From: Vicinamibacterales bacterium
GTDB taxonomy: Bacteria > Acidobacteriota > Vicinamibacteria > Vicinamibacterales > JAENWD01
Assembly (NCBI GenBank): GCA_036381155.1
Contig: DASVDJ010000196.1
Span: 52,823 to 116,822, forward strand
Reading direction: 5' to 3'
Length of the DNA stretch: 64,000 nucleotides
Both the position numbers and the translations under genes were made by a program. The notes beneath the pieces are model-generated. The model was not told the DNA's origin, ran no database searches, and was given only the letters and a program-made list of their open reading frames with translations. Position 1 is the stretch's first letter, and each line of letters opens with the position of its first letter. Below, one piece after another: positions 46,953 through 56,037 of the stretch.

Positions 46953-48062
46953 ATGGGCACACCGACTCCGGCTCACGTCCTGATGACCGCGGATGCCGTC
47001 GGCGGCGTGTGGACCTATGCCACCACGCTTGCCGAAGGTCTTGGCGCCCGCGGCGTCCGGATTACGCTCGCCGTCCTCGGCCCGCCGCCGCGGCCGGAGC
47101 AGCTCGACGCCGTGCGAAGGCTGCCGTTCGTCGACGTGTGCCACGCCCGGTTCGCGCTGGAGTGGATGCCCGGTGCCGAGCGGGACGTCGAGCGCTCCGC
47201 TGAGTGGGTACTGCGGCTGGTCCAGGAGCGCCGGCCCGACGTCGTCCAGATCAACGGCTACGCGCTCGCGACCTATCCGTTGGGCTGTCCGACGTTCCTG
47301 GTTGCGCACTCGTGCGTGTGCTCGTGGTGGCGTGCCGTGCACGGGTGCCAGGCGCCACACGCGTGGCGCACGTATCGACAGCGCGTGGACATCGGCCTGC
47401 AGCGTGCCAGCCGGGTCGTGGCGCCGACCGCGGCGATGCTCCGCGCGCTCCGTCGGGAGTTCCGGTGGAAGGGGGACGGGCTCGTGATCCACAACGGCCT
47501 GCCACCACCCGGCGCGCCGCCGGCGTCACCCCGCGTCGGGGTGCTGGCCGCCGGCCGCGTGTGGGATGCCGCCAAGAACATCGCCGTGCTCGACACGGTG
47601 GCGCCTGACGTCGACGGCCCGGTGGCCATCGCCGGCGACGCCAGCAGTCCCGACGGCAGCCAGCGGTTGCCGCGTCACGCCGAGTGCCTGGGATCGCTGC
47701 CGAGAGACGCGGTGCTGGCCCGGATGACCGAGACTGCCGTCTACGCCCTGCCGGCCCGGTACGAGCCGTTCGGGCTCTCCGTGCTCGAGGCCGCACAGCG
47801 CGGCTGTGCGCTCGTGCTCGGCGACATCTCGACGCTGCGCGAGCTCTGGGAGGGAGCCGCGGTGTTCGTGCAGCCCGACGACCGGGTGGGGCTCACCCGC
47901 GTGCTGAACCGGCTCGTGCACGATCCCGCGGCGCGCCAGCGGCTGGCCGAGGCCGCCCGGCTGCGCGCGACGCGCTACACGCTCGCCGCGATGGTCGACG
48001 GGTACCTGCGTTTGTATCGTGCGCTCGCGCGCACCGGGGAGGCGGTTCCGTGCGCGTCGTAG
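46953..48062 (+). CDS. GT-B glycosyltransferase, GT4-like
   Basis: ADAVGGVWTY N-terminus; EPFGLSVLEAAQRGCALVLGDISTLRE (E-x7-E region). Confidence 0.8.
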   Translation: MGTPTPAHVLMTADAVGGVWTYATTLAEGLGARGVRITLAVLGPPPRPEQLDAVRRLPFVDVCHARFALEWMPGAERDVERSAEWVLRLVQERRPDVVQINGYALATYPLGCPTFLVAHSCVCSWWRAVHGCQAPHAWRTYRQRVDIGLQRASRVVAPTAAMLRALRREFRWKGDGLVIHNGLPPPGAPPASPRVGVLAAGRVWDAAKNIAVLDTVAPDVDGPVAIAGDASSPDGSQRLPRHAECLGSLPRDAVLARMTETAVYALPARYEPFGLSVLEAAQRGCALVLGDISTLRELWEGAAVFVQPDDRVGLTRVLNRLVHDPAARQRLAEAARLRATRYTLAAMVDGYLRLYRALARTGEAVPCAS

Positions 48063-49177
48063 TCCTGTGCCACTCGCTGCGGTCGGACTGGAACCACGGC
48101 AACGCGCACTTCCTGCGCGGCATCTGCCGCGACCTGCTGCGGCGCGGGCACGAGGTCGTCGTCCTCGAGCCCGCGAATGGCTGGAGCGCGCTGAACCTGA
48201 CACGGGAAGCCGGCATGGCCGGGCTCGACGCCTATCGCGCGGCGTACCCGGAACTGGAGTCGTCCGTCTACGACCCGTCGCGCTTCGATGCCGACGCCGC
48301 GCTCGACGGCGCCGATCTCGTCATCGTTCACGAGTGGACCGATCCCGCCATCGTGCACGCCGTCGGCCGGTACCGGCGCAGGGCCTGCTGCGTCCTGCTG
48401 TTCCACGACACGCATCATCGCAGCGTCTCCAGCCCGGACGAGATCGACCGGCTCGACCTGTCGGACTACGACGGCGTGCTCGCCTTTGGCGCGGCCGTCG
48501 CCGACCAGTACGTCGCCCGCCGCCTGGCGGCGAACGTCTGGGTCTGGCACGAGGCCGCCGACGTCTCGGTGTTCGCGCCGCGCGAGGGCGTGGCGCGCGA
48601 GGCCGACGTCGTCTGGATCGGCAACTGGGGCGACGACGAGCGGACGGCGGAGCTGCACGAGTTCCTGCTCGAGCCTGTACGAGCGCTCGGGCTCGGCGGC
48701 TCCGTGCACGGCGTCCGCTACCCGGCCGGCGCACGCGAGTCGGTCGCACGCGCGGGGCTCGCCTACCACGGCTGGCTGCCCAATCACGCCGTGCCGGAGG
48801 TCTTCGCGCGGCATCGCGTGACGGTGCACATCCCGCGCCGCCCCTACGCCGACGCGCTGCCCGGGATCCCGACCATCCGGGTCTTCGAGGCGCTCGCCTG
48901 CGGCATCCCGCTCGTCTGCGCGCCCTGGACCGACAGTGAGGGCCTGTTCACGCCTGGTGCCGACTATCTGGTGGCGCGCGACGGCGCCGACATGCGGGCC
49001 CACCTGCGGTCGCTGACGTCGGACGCCGCGCTGGCCGATGCGATCGCACGGCACGGGCGCCACACGGTGCTGACGAGGCACACCTGCCGCCATCGGGTCG
49101 ACGAACTGCTGGCCATCGTCTCGTCGCTGGCCGGCGCGGCGGCTGCGACGCCGCACCGCGAGGTCGAGGTGTTCTGA
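48050..49177 (+). CDS. CgeB-like glycosyltransferase paralog 1 (Glyco_trans_1_2-type C-terminus)
   Basis: GTG start after GGGGAGG. VRVVVLCHSLRSDWNHGNAHFLRGI; RVFEALACGIPLVCAPWTDSEGLFTPGADYLVA. Confidence 0.75.
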   Translation: MRVVVLCHSLRSDWNHGNAHFLRGICRDLLRRGHEVVVLEPANGWSALNLTREAGMAGLDAYRAAYPELESSVYDPSRFDADAALDGADLVIVHEWTDPAIVHAVGRYRRRACCVLLFHDTHHRSVSSPDEIDRLDLSDYDGVLAFGAAVADQYVARRLAANVWVWHEAADVSVFAPREGVAREADVVWIGNWGDDERTAELHEFLLEPVRALGLGGSVHGVRYPAGARESVARAGLAYHGWLPNHAVPEVFARHRVTVHIPRRPYADALPGIPTIRVFEALACGIPLVCAPWTDSEGLFTPGADYLVARDGADMRAHLRSLTSDAALADAIARHGRHTVLTRHTCRHRVDELLAIVSSLAGAAAATPHREVEVF

Positions 49178-50352
49178 TGCGGCCGACGCTGGCCTTCTTC
49201 GGATCGAGTCTGGTGTCCGCGTACTGGAACGGCGCCGCCACGTACTACCGCGGCATCCTCCGCGCGCTGGACACGCGCGGATGGCGCGCGACCTTCTTCG
49301 AGCCGGACGCCTTTGGACGGCAGGCCCATCGCGACATCCCCGATCCGTCGTGGGCGCGCGTCCTGGTGTACCAGCCGACACCTGACGGACTGCAGCGCGC
49401 GCTCGATGAAGCCGCGAGTGCCGACGTCCTGGTCAAGGCGAGCGGCGTCGGCGTCTTCGATGCCGAGCTCGAGGCCGCTCTGCCGGCCATGCGCCGGCCC
49501 GGGCAGATCTGCCTCTTCTGGGACGTCGACGCGCCCGCGACGCTGGAGCGGCTGGACCGGACACCGGACGACCCGCTCCGCGCCCGGATTCCGTCGTTCG
49601 ATCTCGTGCTGACGTACGGCGGCGGCCCGCCGGTGGTGGCACTGTACCGCGCGCTCGGCGCTCGCGACTGCGTGCCCATCTACAACGCCCTGGATCCGGA
49701 CACCCACCATCCGGTCCCGCCGCACGACGCCTATCGCGCCGACCTGGCGTTCCTCGGCAACCGCCTGCCCGATCGCGAGGAGCGGGTGCGCGAGTTCTTC
49801 CTCTCGGCGGCGGCCGCGCGGCCGGCCCGCTCGTTCCTGCTTGGCGGCAACGGCTGGCACCCGGACGACGTGCCTCCGAACGTGACCGTGCTCGGGCACG
49901 TGCCGACGGCCGCGCACAACACGTTCAACTGCTCGCCGCTCGCCGTGCTGAACATCAACCGCTCCAGCATGGCGCGGATCGGCTTCTCGCCGGCCACACG
50001 CGTGTTCGAGGCGGCAGGGGCCGGCGCCTGTCTCGTCACCGATGCGTTCGAGGGTGTCGAGGCGTTCCTCTCGCCCGGCGAGGAGATTCTCGTCGCGGAC
50101 AGCGGCGCCGACGTGATCGGTCTCCTCGACGCGCTCACGCCGGAGCGCGCCCGGGCCATCGGGCGCGCCGCGCGCGCCCGCGTGCTGGCCGCGCACACGT
50201 ACGAACACCGGGTCGTCCAGCTCGAACGCGTGCTGGACGCCGCACTCACCGGATCGCCTCGATGCAGCCAACGCTCCGCTTCGTCTTTCTCGGCCTCTCC
50301 GTCACGTCCTCGTGGGGAAACGGCCACGCCACGACGTACCGCGGCCTCGTAA
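49177..50352 (+). CDS. CgeB-like glycosyltransferase paralog 2
   Basis: MRPTLAFFGSSLVSAYWNGAATYYRGIL; RVFEAAGAGACLVTDAFEGVEAFLSPGEEILVA. The 3' end overlaps the next gene by 91 nt. Confidence 0.75.
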   Translation: MRPTLAFFGSSLVSAYWNGAATYYRGILRALDTRGWRATFFEPDAFGRQAHRDIPDPSWARVLVYQPTPDGLQRALDEAASADVLVKASGVGVFDAELEAALPAMRRPGQICLFWDVDAPATLERLDRTPDDPLRARIPSFDLVLTYGGGPPVVALYRALGARDCVPIYNALDPDTHHPVPPHDAYRADLAFLGNRLPDREERVREFFLSAAAARPARSFLLGGNGWHPDDVPPNVTVLGHVPTAAHNTFNCSPLAVLNINRSSMARIGFSPATRVFEAAGAGACLVTDAFEGVEAFLSPGEEILVADSGADVIGLLDALTPERARAIGRAARARVLAAHTYEHRVVQLERVLDAALTGSPRCSQRSASSFSASPSRPRGETATPRRTAAS

Positions 50353-51461
50353 CCGCCCTGGCACGGCGCGGACACGACGTGCTCTTCCTCGAGCGCGACG
50401 CGCCGTGGTACGCGCGGCACCGTGATCTGACGGAGCTGGCCGGCGCCCGCGTCGAGCTGTACGGATCGGTCGTCGATCTCCGCCGCCGGTTCACCAGGGA
50501 GATCCAGCGCGCGCACATCGTCGTGGTCGGGTCGTACGTGCCGGAAGGGCGCCGGGTCGGGCGCTGGGTGCGGGCGGCGGCGCGCGGCATCGTTGCCTTC
50601 TACGACATCGACACGCCGGTGACGCTCGCGACGCTCGAGACGGATCGCTGTGAGTACCTGTCGCGGCGCCTGCTGCCTGCCTACGACCTGTACCTGTCCT
50701 TCAGCGGCGGCCCCGCGCTCCGCCGGCTCAACCGGCTCGGCGCACGCATGGTCCGTCCGCTGTACTGCGCGGTCGATCCAGCGCAGTACCTGCCGGCCGG
50801 CGGGCCTTCCGCGTGGGACCTGGGCTATCTCGGCACGTACGCCGCGGATCGGCAGCCCGCGCTCGAGTCGCTGCTGCTCCGGGTCGCGGACGGCTGGCCC
50901 GACGGGCGCTTCGTGGTCGGCGGTCCGCTGTATCCGCCCGACATCCACTGGCCCGCGAACGTGGAGCGCACCGAGCATGTCCCGCCGGCGGATCACAGCC
51001 GCTTCTACGGCCGCCAGCGGTTCACGCTGAACCTGACGCGCGCCGACATGCGCCGGCTCGGACACTCCCCGAGCGTCCGGCTGTTCGAAGCCGCGGCGTG
51101 CGGCGCCGCCATCCTGACCGATGACTGGAGCGGGCTCGACGAGTTCTTCACGCCCGGCATCGACCTGGTCCGCGTGCGATCCGCGCGCGACGTCGTCGAG
51201 GCACTGCGTGACATGCCCGAAGAGCGGCGCGTCGCGCTCGGGTGCTCGGCGCGGGCGCGCGTGCTGGCCGCCCACACGGCCGACGACCGCGCGCGAAGGC
51301 TCGAAGAGTACGCGTTCGAGCTGCTCGAGACCCGGGCGGTCGCGTCCCGGGCGGCCGACATGTCCCGCGGGCGGCCGCGCCGACGCTCGCAGCCGCCCGC
51401 GCGACCACGAGTCGCGGCCGTGCAGCGGCAGCTCGGAATTGACGAGGACCTCACGGCATGA
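50262..51461 (+). CDS. CgeB-like glycosyltransferase paralog 3
   Basis: MQPTLRFVFLGLSVTSSWGNGHATTYRGL; RLFEAAACGAAILTDDWSGLDEFFTPGIDLVRV. Confidence 0.75.
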   Translation: MQPTLRFVFLGLSVTSSWGNGHATTYRGLVTALARRGHDVLFLERDAPWYARHRDLTELAGARVELYGSVVDLRRRFTREIQRAHIVVVGSYVPEGRRVGRWVRAAARGIVAFYDIDTPVTLATLETDRCEYLSRRLLPAYDLYLSFSGGPALRRLNRLGARMVRPLYCAVDPAQYLPAGGPSAWDLGYLGTYAADRQPALESLLLRVADGWPDGRFVVGGPLYPPDIHWPANVERTEHVPPADHSRFYGRQRFTLNLTRADMRRLGHSPSVRLFEAAACGAAILTDDWSGLDEFFTPGIDLVRVRSARDVVEALRDMPEERRVALGCSARARVLAAHTADDRARRLEEYAFELLETRAVASRAADMSRGRPRRRSQPPARPRVAAVQRQLGIDEDLTA

Positions 51462-52411
51462 TGCGCGCGGCGGTCCTCACCGGCGACGGCGGCGTGACGC
51501 TGACGCGCTGTGCCCCTCCCGAGCCCGGTCCGGGCCAGCTGCGCGTGCGGCTCGAAGGGTCGGGTGTCTGCGGCTCCAATCTGCCGGTCTGGGAAGGGCG
51601 ACCGTGGTTCGAGTATCCCCGCCCGCCCGGATCTCCGGGCCACGAGGGCTGGGGCGTCGTCGATGCCGCGGGACCGGGCACGGAGTCGACCCTGGTGGGC
51701 CGCCGGGTCGCGCTGCTCTCCGAACATGCGTTCGCGGAGTGGGATCTCGCGCCGCCGTCGGCCGTCGTGCCCGTCCCGGACGCGCTGGCCGGGCGCGCCT
51801 GTCCTGCCGAGCCGCTGGCCTGCGCAGTGAACGTCATGCACCGCGCCGCCATCCACGACGGCGACGTCGTCGTCGTGCTCGGCGTCGGGTTTCTCGGGGC
51901 GTCGCTGGTGGCGCTGGCGTCGAGCGCGGGGGCCCGGGTCGTCGCCGCGTCGCGCCGGCCGTTCGCGCGCCGGCTGGCGTCGCAGCTTGGTGCGGCGCAC
52001 GTCTGTCCGCTCGAGCACGACGCGCTCGTGAACGCCGTCGCGGCGCTGTCGGGCGGCCAGCTTGCCGACTGCGTGATCGAGGCGGCCGGCACCCAGGAGA
52101 CGCTCGATCTGGGCGGTGAGCTGACGCGCGTGCGCGGACGGCTCGTCGTCGCCGGCTATCACCAGGACGGCCCGCGCCTCGTCAACCTGCAGCTCTGGAA
52201 CTGGCGCGGGATCGACGTGGTCAACGCGCACGAACGCGACGAGGCGGTGTACGTCGAGGGGATGCGGCAGGCCCTGGCGCTCGCGGCCGACGGCGTCCTG
52301 CCGCTCGATCTGCTGATCACGCACGTCCTCCCGCTCGACGGCATCGACCAGGCATTCCACCTCATGGCGGAACGCCCGGATGGCTTCCTGAAGGCTGTTG
52401 TCGTCTGTTGA
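51458..52411 (+). CDS. Zinc-dependent MDR-family alcohol/polyol dehydrogenase
   Basis: GVCGSNLPVWEG...PGHEGWGVV (GHE zinc site)...VVVLGVGFLG (Rossmann). Confidence 0.8.
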   Translation: MMRAAVLTGDGGVTLTRCAPPEPGPGQLRVRLEGSGVCGSNLPVWEGRPWFEYPRPPGSPGHEGWGVVDAAGPGTESTLVGRRVALLSEHAFAEWDLAPPSAVVPVPDALAGRACPAEPLACAVNVMHRAAIHDGDVVVVLGVGFLGASLVALASSAGARVVAASRRPFARRLASQLGAAHVCPLEHDALVNAVAALSGGQLADCVIEAAGTQETLDLGGELTRVRGRLVVAGYHQDGPRLVNLQLWNWRGIDVVNAHERDEAVYVEGMRQALALAADGVLPLDLLITHVLPLDGIDQAFHLMAERPDGFLKAVVVC

Positions 52412-53484
52412 GTCCCATGGGGTCCGCCACCGCATCCCGCCCACGGCCGAGACTCGGGTTTCTCGGTCTCGGCTGGATCGGCCGTCACCGCCTCGAGTGC
52501 GTCGCCGCCGCCCGGACCGCGGAGATCGCGGCGCTCGCCGATGCCGACCGCCATGCGCTGTCCGATGCGCAGCGGCTCGTCCCGGGCGCCGTCTGCGCGC
52601 GCTCGCTCGAAGCGCTGCTCGGTCGGGCGGACCAGCTCGACGGCCTCGTCATCGCGACGCCCAGCGCCGGGCACGCCCCCGAGACTGCGGCCGCGCTCGA
52701 CGCCGGGCTCGCCGTCTTCTGCCAGAAGCCGCTCGGACGCACCGCGGCCGAAGCGAGTCGGGTCGTCGAGATCGCGCGGCAGCGTAATCGGCTGCTCGAC
52801 GTCGATCTCGGCTACCGGCACCTCGCGGCCACGCAGGCCGTGCGGAATTCGCTCGAGGCCGGTGAACTGGGCGACATCGTCGCCGTGGACCTCACCTTCC
52901 ACAACGCCTACGGCCCCGACAAGCCGTGGTACTACGACCGGACACTCTCGGGAGGCGGCTGTCTGATCGACCTCGGCGTCCATCTGATCGACCTGCTCCA
53001 TGTCCTCACCGGACGGCGTGCCTGGCGCGTCACCGCTGCGGCGCTCTTCGCGAGCGGCCGGCGCTGGACGCGCGATTCGGAGGCGGTCGAAGACCTCGCG
53101 ATCGCGCAGCTGGATCACGCCTCCGGCATGGCAGCACGCCTGGCCTGCTCGTGGCGTTTGCCAGCCGGATGCGACGCGGTGATCGAGTGGACGGTGCAGG
53201 GCACGACGTCCGCCGCGCGGGTGCGCAACGTCGGCGGGTCGTTCTACGACTTCACCGCCGAGCGGCTCGATCGCGGCCGGCTCCGGACGCTCGTGCAGCC
53301 GCCCGACGCGTGGGGCGGGCGGGCCCTGCTGGACTGGACCGCACGCCTTGCTGAAGGAAACCGCTTCGATCCGCGGGCAGACCGGCTTGTCGACCTCGCG
53401 GCCGCGATCGACGCGATCTACGACGCGGCCACACCGTCCGCCGGGGTCGGCCCGCCAGCCGGGTCACGCGTGGTCAGCGCCTGA
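52408..53484 (+). CDS. Gfo/Idh/MocA family oxidoreductase
   Basis: RLGFLGLGWIGRHR (N-terminal Rossmann), VFCQKPL (EKP-like motif), GGGCLIDLGVHLIDL. Confidence 0.8.
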   Translation: MSPMGSATASRPRPRLGFLGLGWIGRHRLECVAAARTAEIAALADADRHALSDAQRLVPGAVCARSLEALLGRADQLDGLVIATPSAGHAPETAAALDAGLAVFCQKPLGRTAAEASRVVEIARQRNRLLDVDLGYRHLAATQAVRNSLEAGELGDIVAVDLTFHNAYGPDKPWYYDRTLSGGGCLIDLGVHLIDLLHVLTGRRAWRVTAAALFASGRRWTRDSEAVEDLAIAQLDHASGMAARLACSWRLPAGCDAVIEWTVQGTTSAARVRNVGGSFYDFTAERLDRGRLRTLVQPPDAWGGRALLDWTARLAEGNRFDPRADRLVDLAAAIDAIYDAATPSAGVGPPAGSRVVSA

Positions 53485-54542
53485 TTCGCGCGCGCCCAGG
53501 AGAGCAGGCGTTCGAGCGCCGCCGCGCGATGCCGCGCCGTGTGCCCGGCCAGGACACGCGCCCGCGCCGCTTCCGCGATCCGGCGCCGCCGGCGGGGCGG
53601 CATGTCCAACGCTGCCAGCACCTCGTCACACCCGGCCGCCGTCACGATTTCTTCGCCGGCCGTGAAGAACTCCTCCAGACCGGGCCAGACATCGGTGACG
53701 ATCGCGGCCTCGCAGGCGGCGCCCTCGAACAGTCGGCCGGATGGACAGTGCCCCATCGCCGCCATCGGCCCGCGGGTGACGTTGATCGTCCATCGCGACG
53801 AGGCGTACAGCGCCGGATGCCGCGCGGGCGACAGGTGCGGCACGGTGCGCAGACCCGGACGCGCCGCGACGTCCGGCGGATACAGCGCGCCGGCCAGCAG
53901 CAGCCGCAGTGAGGGCCGCCGCTCGCCGGGGACCAGGAACAGCTCGCGCAGGCCCGCGAGCCGATCGGCCGCGTAGGTGCCCAGATGTGAGAGGTCGCAG
54001 CGGAGCCACCGTTCCGGGCGGCCGGGTCTGTAAGCGTCCGCGTCGACGAAGCCCGGGAGCGCCGCCGTCGCGCGCGCGCCGAGACGCCGCTCGAGCGCAG
54101 CCAGCGCCGGTCCACCGGCATAGCTCAGTACCAGATTGAACCGTCCGAGGCCGCCTGCGGGCACGTAGTCGACGCGCTCACCGGTGTCGAGCCGCGCGAG
54201 CGTCACGGGCGTGTCGAGGTCGTAGAAGACGCGCAGCGCGTCGGCCTGCTCCATCGCGGCGACGGCTGCCTCCGCATCAGGACAGTACGACGTGACGATG
54301 GCGGCATCGGTTTCCGCGAGGACCTGCAGGGCGCGACGGGGGTTCCAGGCGTCGTACAGGACAAGCGTGCCCCACGGCAGTTCGACGAGGTCGCGATGAT
54401 CGGCGTAGTACGGAACGTTCCGTTCGAAGAAGGTGACCTGATGCCCACGCTCGGCCAGCGCACGGATCAGCGCGCGCCACAGCGTCGCGTGGCCGTTGCC
54501 CCAGGAGGAGCTGACGGTCAGCCCGAAGACGGCGAGCCGCAT
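53418..54542 (-). CDS. CgeB-like glycosyltransferase paralog 4 (opposite strand)
   Basis: MRLAVFGLTVSSSWGNGHATLWRALIRAL; RLFEGAACEAAIVTDVWPGLEEFFTAGEEIVTA. Its 3' end overlaps the convergent oxidoreductase gene by 67 nt. Confidence 0.75.
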   Translation of the reverse strand: MRLAVFGLTVSSSWGNGHATLWRALIRALAERGHQVTFFERNVPYYADHRDLVELPWGTLVLYDAWNPRRALQVLAETDAAIVTSYCPDAEAAVAAMEQADALRVFYDLDTPVTLARLDTGERVDYVPAGGLGRFNLVLSYAGGPALAALERRLGARATAALPGFVDADAYRPGRPERWLRCDLSHLGTYAADRLAGLRELFLVPGERRPSLRLLLAGALYPPDVAARPGLRTVPHLSPARHPALYASSRWTINVTRGPMAAMGHCPSGRLFEGAACEAAIVTDVWPGLEEFFTAGEEIVTAAGCDEVLAALDMPPRRRRRIAEAARARVLAGHTARHRAAALERLLSWARANQALTTRDPAGGPTPADGVAAS

Positions 54543-54556
54543 GATTCGGGACAGGC

Positions 54557-54901
54557 TCAGCGGGACGCCTGCAGCGGCTCGTCCTCGTCCTCCTCGTCCT
54601 CGTCGTCGTAATCGTCTTCGTCCTCTTCGTCTTCCCAGCCGCCGTCATCCTCCTCGTCGTCGCTCTCCTCCTCCTCCTCCTCGTTCTCGTCGTCCTCCTC
54701 GTCCTCGAGGTCGTCGTCGTCCAGCTCGTCGTCGTCATCGGGGTCCGCGAGCCGCACGCGTCGGTACTCGACCGAAGCCGAATCGTCTGGCATGCCGGCG
54801 CTCCACAGGGCGCAGACACAGCGATCGCCTGCGACAGCGCCCGGAGCCGACAGCCGTGTCATCAGGTCCGCGACATCGATCGACAGTCCGTGTGGTGCCA
54901 T
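54557..54901 (-). CDS. 114-aa protein with an extreme poly-Asp/Glu C-terminal tail
   Basis: MAPHGLSIDVADLMTRLSAPGAVAGDRCVCALWSAGMPDDSASVEYRRVRLA, then DPDDDDELDDDDLEDEEDDENEEEEEESDDEEDDGGWEDEEDEDDYDDEDEEDEDE. By my count 47 of 56 tail residues are D/E. Confidence 0.6.
   Translation of the reverse strand: MAPHGLSIDVADLMTRLSAPGAVAGDRCVCALWSAGMPDDSASVEYRRVRLADPDDDDELDDDDLEDEEDDENEEEEEESDDEEDDGGWEDEEDEDDYDDEDEEDEDEPLQASR
54578..54745 (-). repeat. Low-complexity GAC/GAG/GAA codon tract encoding the acidic tail
   Basis: The plus strand shows runs of gtcctc/gtcgtc/ctcctc. Confidence 0.8.
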
Positions 54902-54927
54902 GGCTTCTCTCGAGTTGGCGCCGGGAA

Positions 54928-55806
54928 TCACGCGGCGCGGGTTTCACCGCCGAGGAGCGTCAGGACTTCGCCCGTGACGAAACTGGAGTCCGCGGGCGAG
55001 GCGAAGAACACGTACGCCGGCGCAATCTCCTCGGGCTGCGCCGGCCGTTCGAGCGGTGTCTTCTGGCCGAACGTCGCAACCTGCGCCGCGGGCTTGTCGG
55101 CCACGTTGAGCGGCGTCCAGACCGGACCCGGTGACACGCAGTTCACGCGAATGCCGCGCTCCACAAGGCTCCGGGCAAGCGACTTCGTGAAGGCGTGGAT
55201 GGCGCCCTTCGTAGCCGAGTAGTCGAGCAGCTGCGGATTGCCTTCGAGCCCCGTGATCGAGCCGGTGTTGATGATCACGCTTCCCGGACGCAAATGGGAC
55301 AGGGCGGCGCGGGCCATGTAGAAGTAGCCGTAGATGTTGGTCCGGAAGGTCCGGTCCCACTGCGCGTCGTCGATGGCCTCGGGCCGCTCCTGTCGATGCT
55401 GGTACGCGGCGTTGTTCACGAGGATGTCGAGGTGTCCGAACGCGGCGACCGTCTGCTCCACGGCGTCCCGGCAGAACGCCGACTCGCGCACGTCGCCCGC
55501 GATCCGGATGGCGCGGCGTCCTTCCCGCTCCACCGCGGCGACGGTCTCGTCCGCATCGGACTGCTCCTCGGGCAGGTGGACGATTGCGACGTCAGCCCCT
55601 TCACGGGCGAACAGCACGGCGACGGCGCGCCCGATGCCGGAATCGCCTCCCGTGATCAGGCCGACCTTGCCGTCCAGCTTTCCGGACCCGGCATAGCGCG
55701 GCGCCTCGTACCGCGGGCGGGGCTCGATTCGGCTCTCCAGCCCGGGCCGCTCCTGCGCCTGCTCGGGGAATGGCGGCTTCGGCTGCGGCGCGCCCGTCTC
55801 GGCCAT
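54928..55806 (-). CDS. SDR-family oxidoreductase of the YghA/YhxC general-stress type
   Basis: GKVGLITGGDSGIGRAVA (TGxxxGIG), NNAA, YSATKGA (YxxxK), and the long N-terminal PKPPFPEQ...PRY extension typical of this subgroup. Confidence 0.85.
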   Translation of the reverse strand: MAETGAPQPKPPFPEQAQERPGLESRIEPRPRYEAPRYAGSGKLDGKVGLITGGDSGIGRAVAVLFAREGADVAIVHLPEEQSDADETVAAVEREGRRAIRIAGDVRESAFCRDAVEQTVAAFGHLDILVNNAAYQHRQERPEAIDDAQWDRTFRTNIYGYFYMARAALSHLRPGSVIINTGSITGLEGNPQLLDYSATKGAIHAFTKSLARSLVERGIRVNCVSPGPVWTPLNVADKPAAQVATFGQKTPLERPAQPEEIAPAYVFFASPADSSFVTGEVLTLLGGETRAA

Positions 55807-55893
55807 GACACTCCTCTCTCCGCTTCAAGGGCTCTCCGGATGGCGGCCCATCGGCGTGCCGCTACCCGGTCTTCGGCCCTGCCGGCCCGGCGG

Positions 55894-55909
55894 TGCAAGA
55901 GAGTTGCCG
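55894..55909 (-). promoter_or_regulatory. Sigma-54-type -24/-12 promoter (P5)
   Basis: Minus strand CGGCAACTCTCTTGCA. It lies 87 nt upstream of the ATG at 55806. Confidence 0.6.
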
Positions 55910-56037
55910 CCTCCGTCCGACGTGTTCGCGCGATGGCCGTCATTTGGGCGTGGAGCGATTTGTACATGCCGTTCCGAAAGCCAACAGCGCCATCCAGCGC
56001 GGCCTTGCCCGGGGCCGACGAGGCGCGCGGAACGGCC

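Noticed and set aside
54578-54745. Short-period repeats (gtcctc/gtcgtc/ctcctc) that at first glance resemble a repeat array.
   Set aside because: This is a low-complexity codon tract encoding the poly-Asp/Glu tail. It has no spacer/repeat organisation and is not a CRISPR array or a non-coding satellite.
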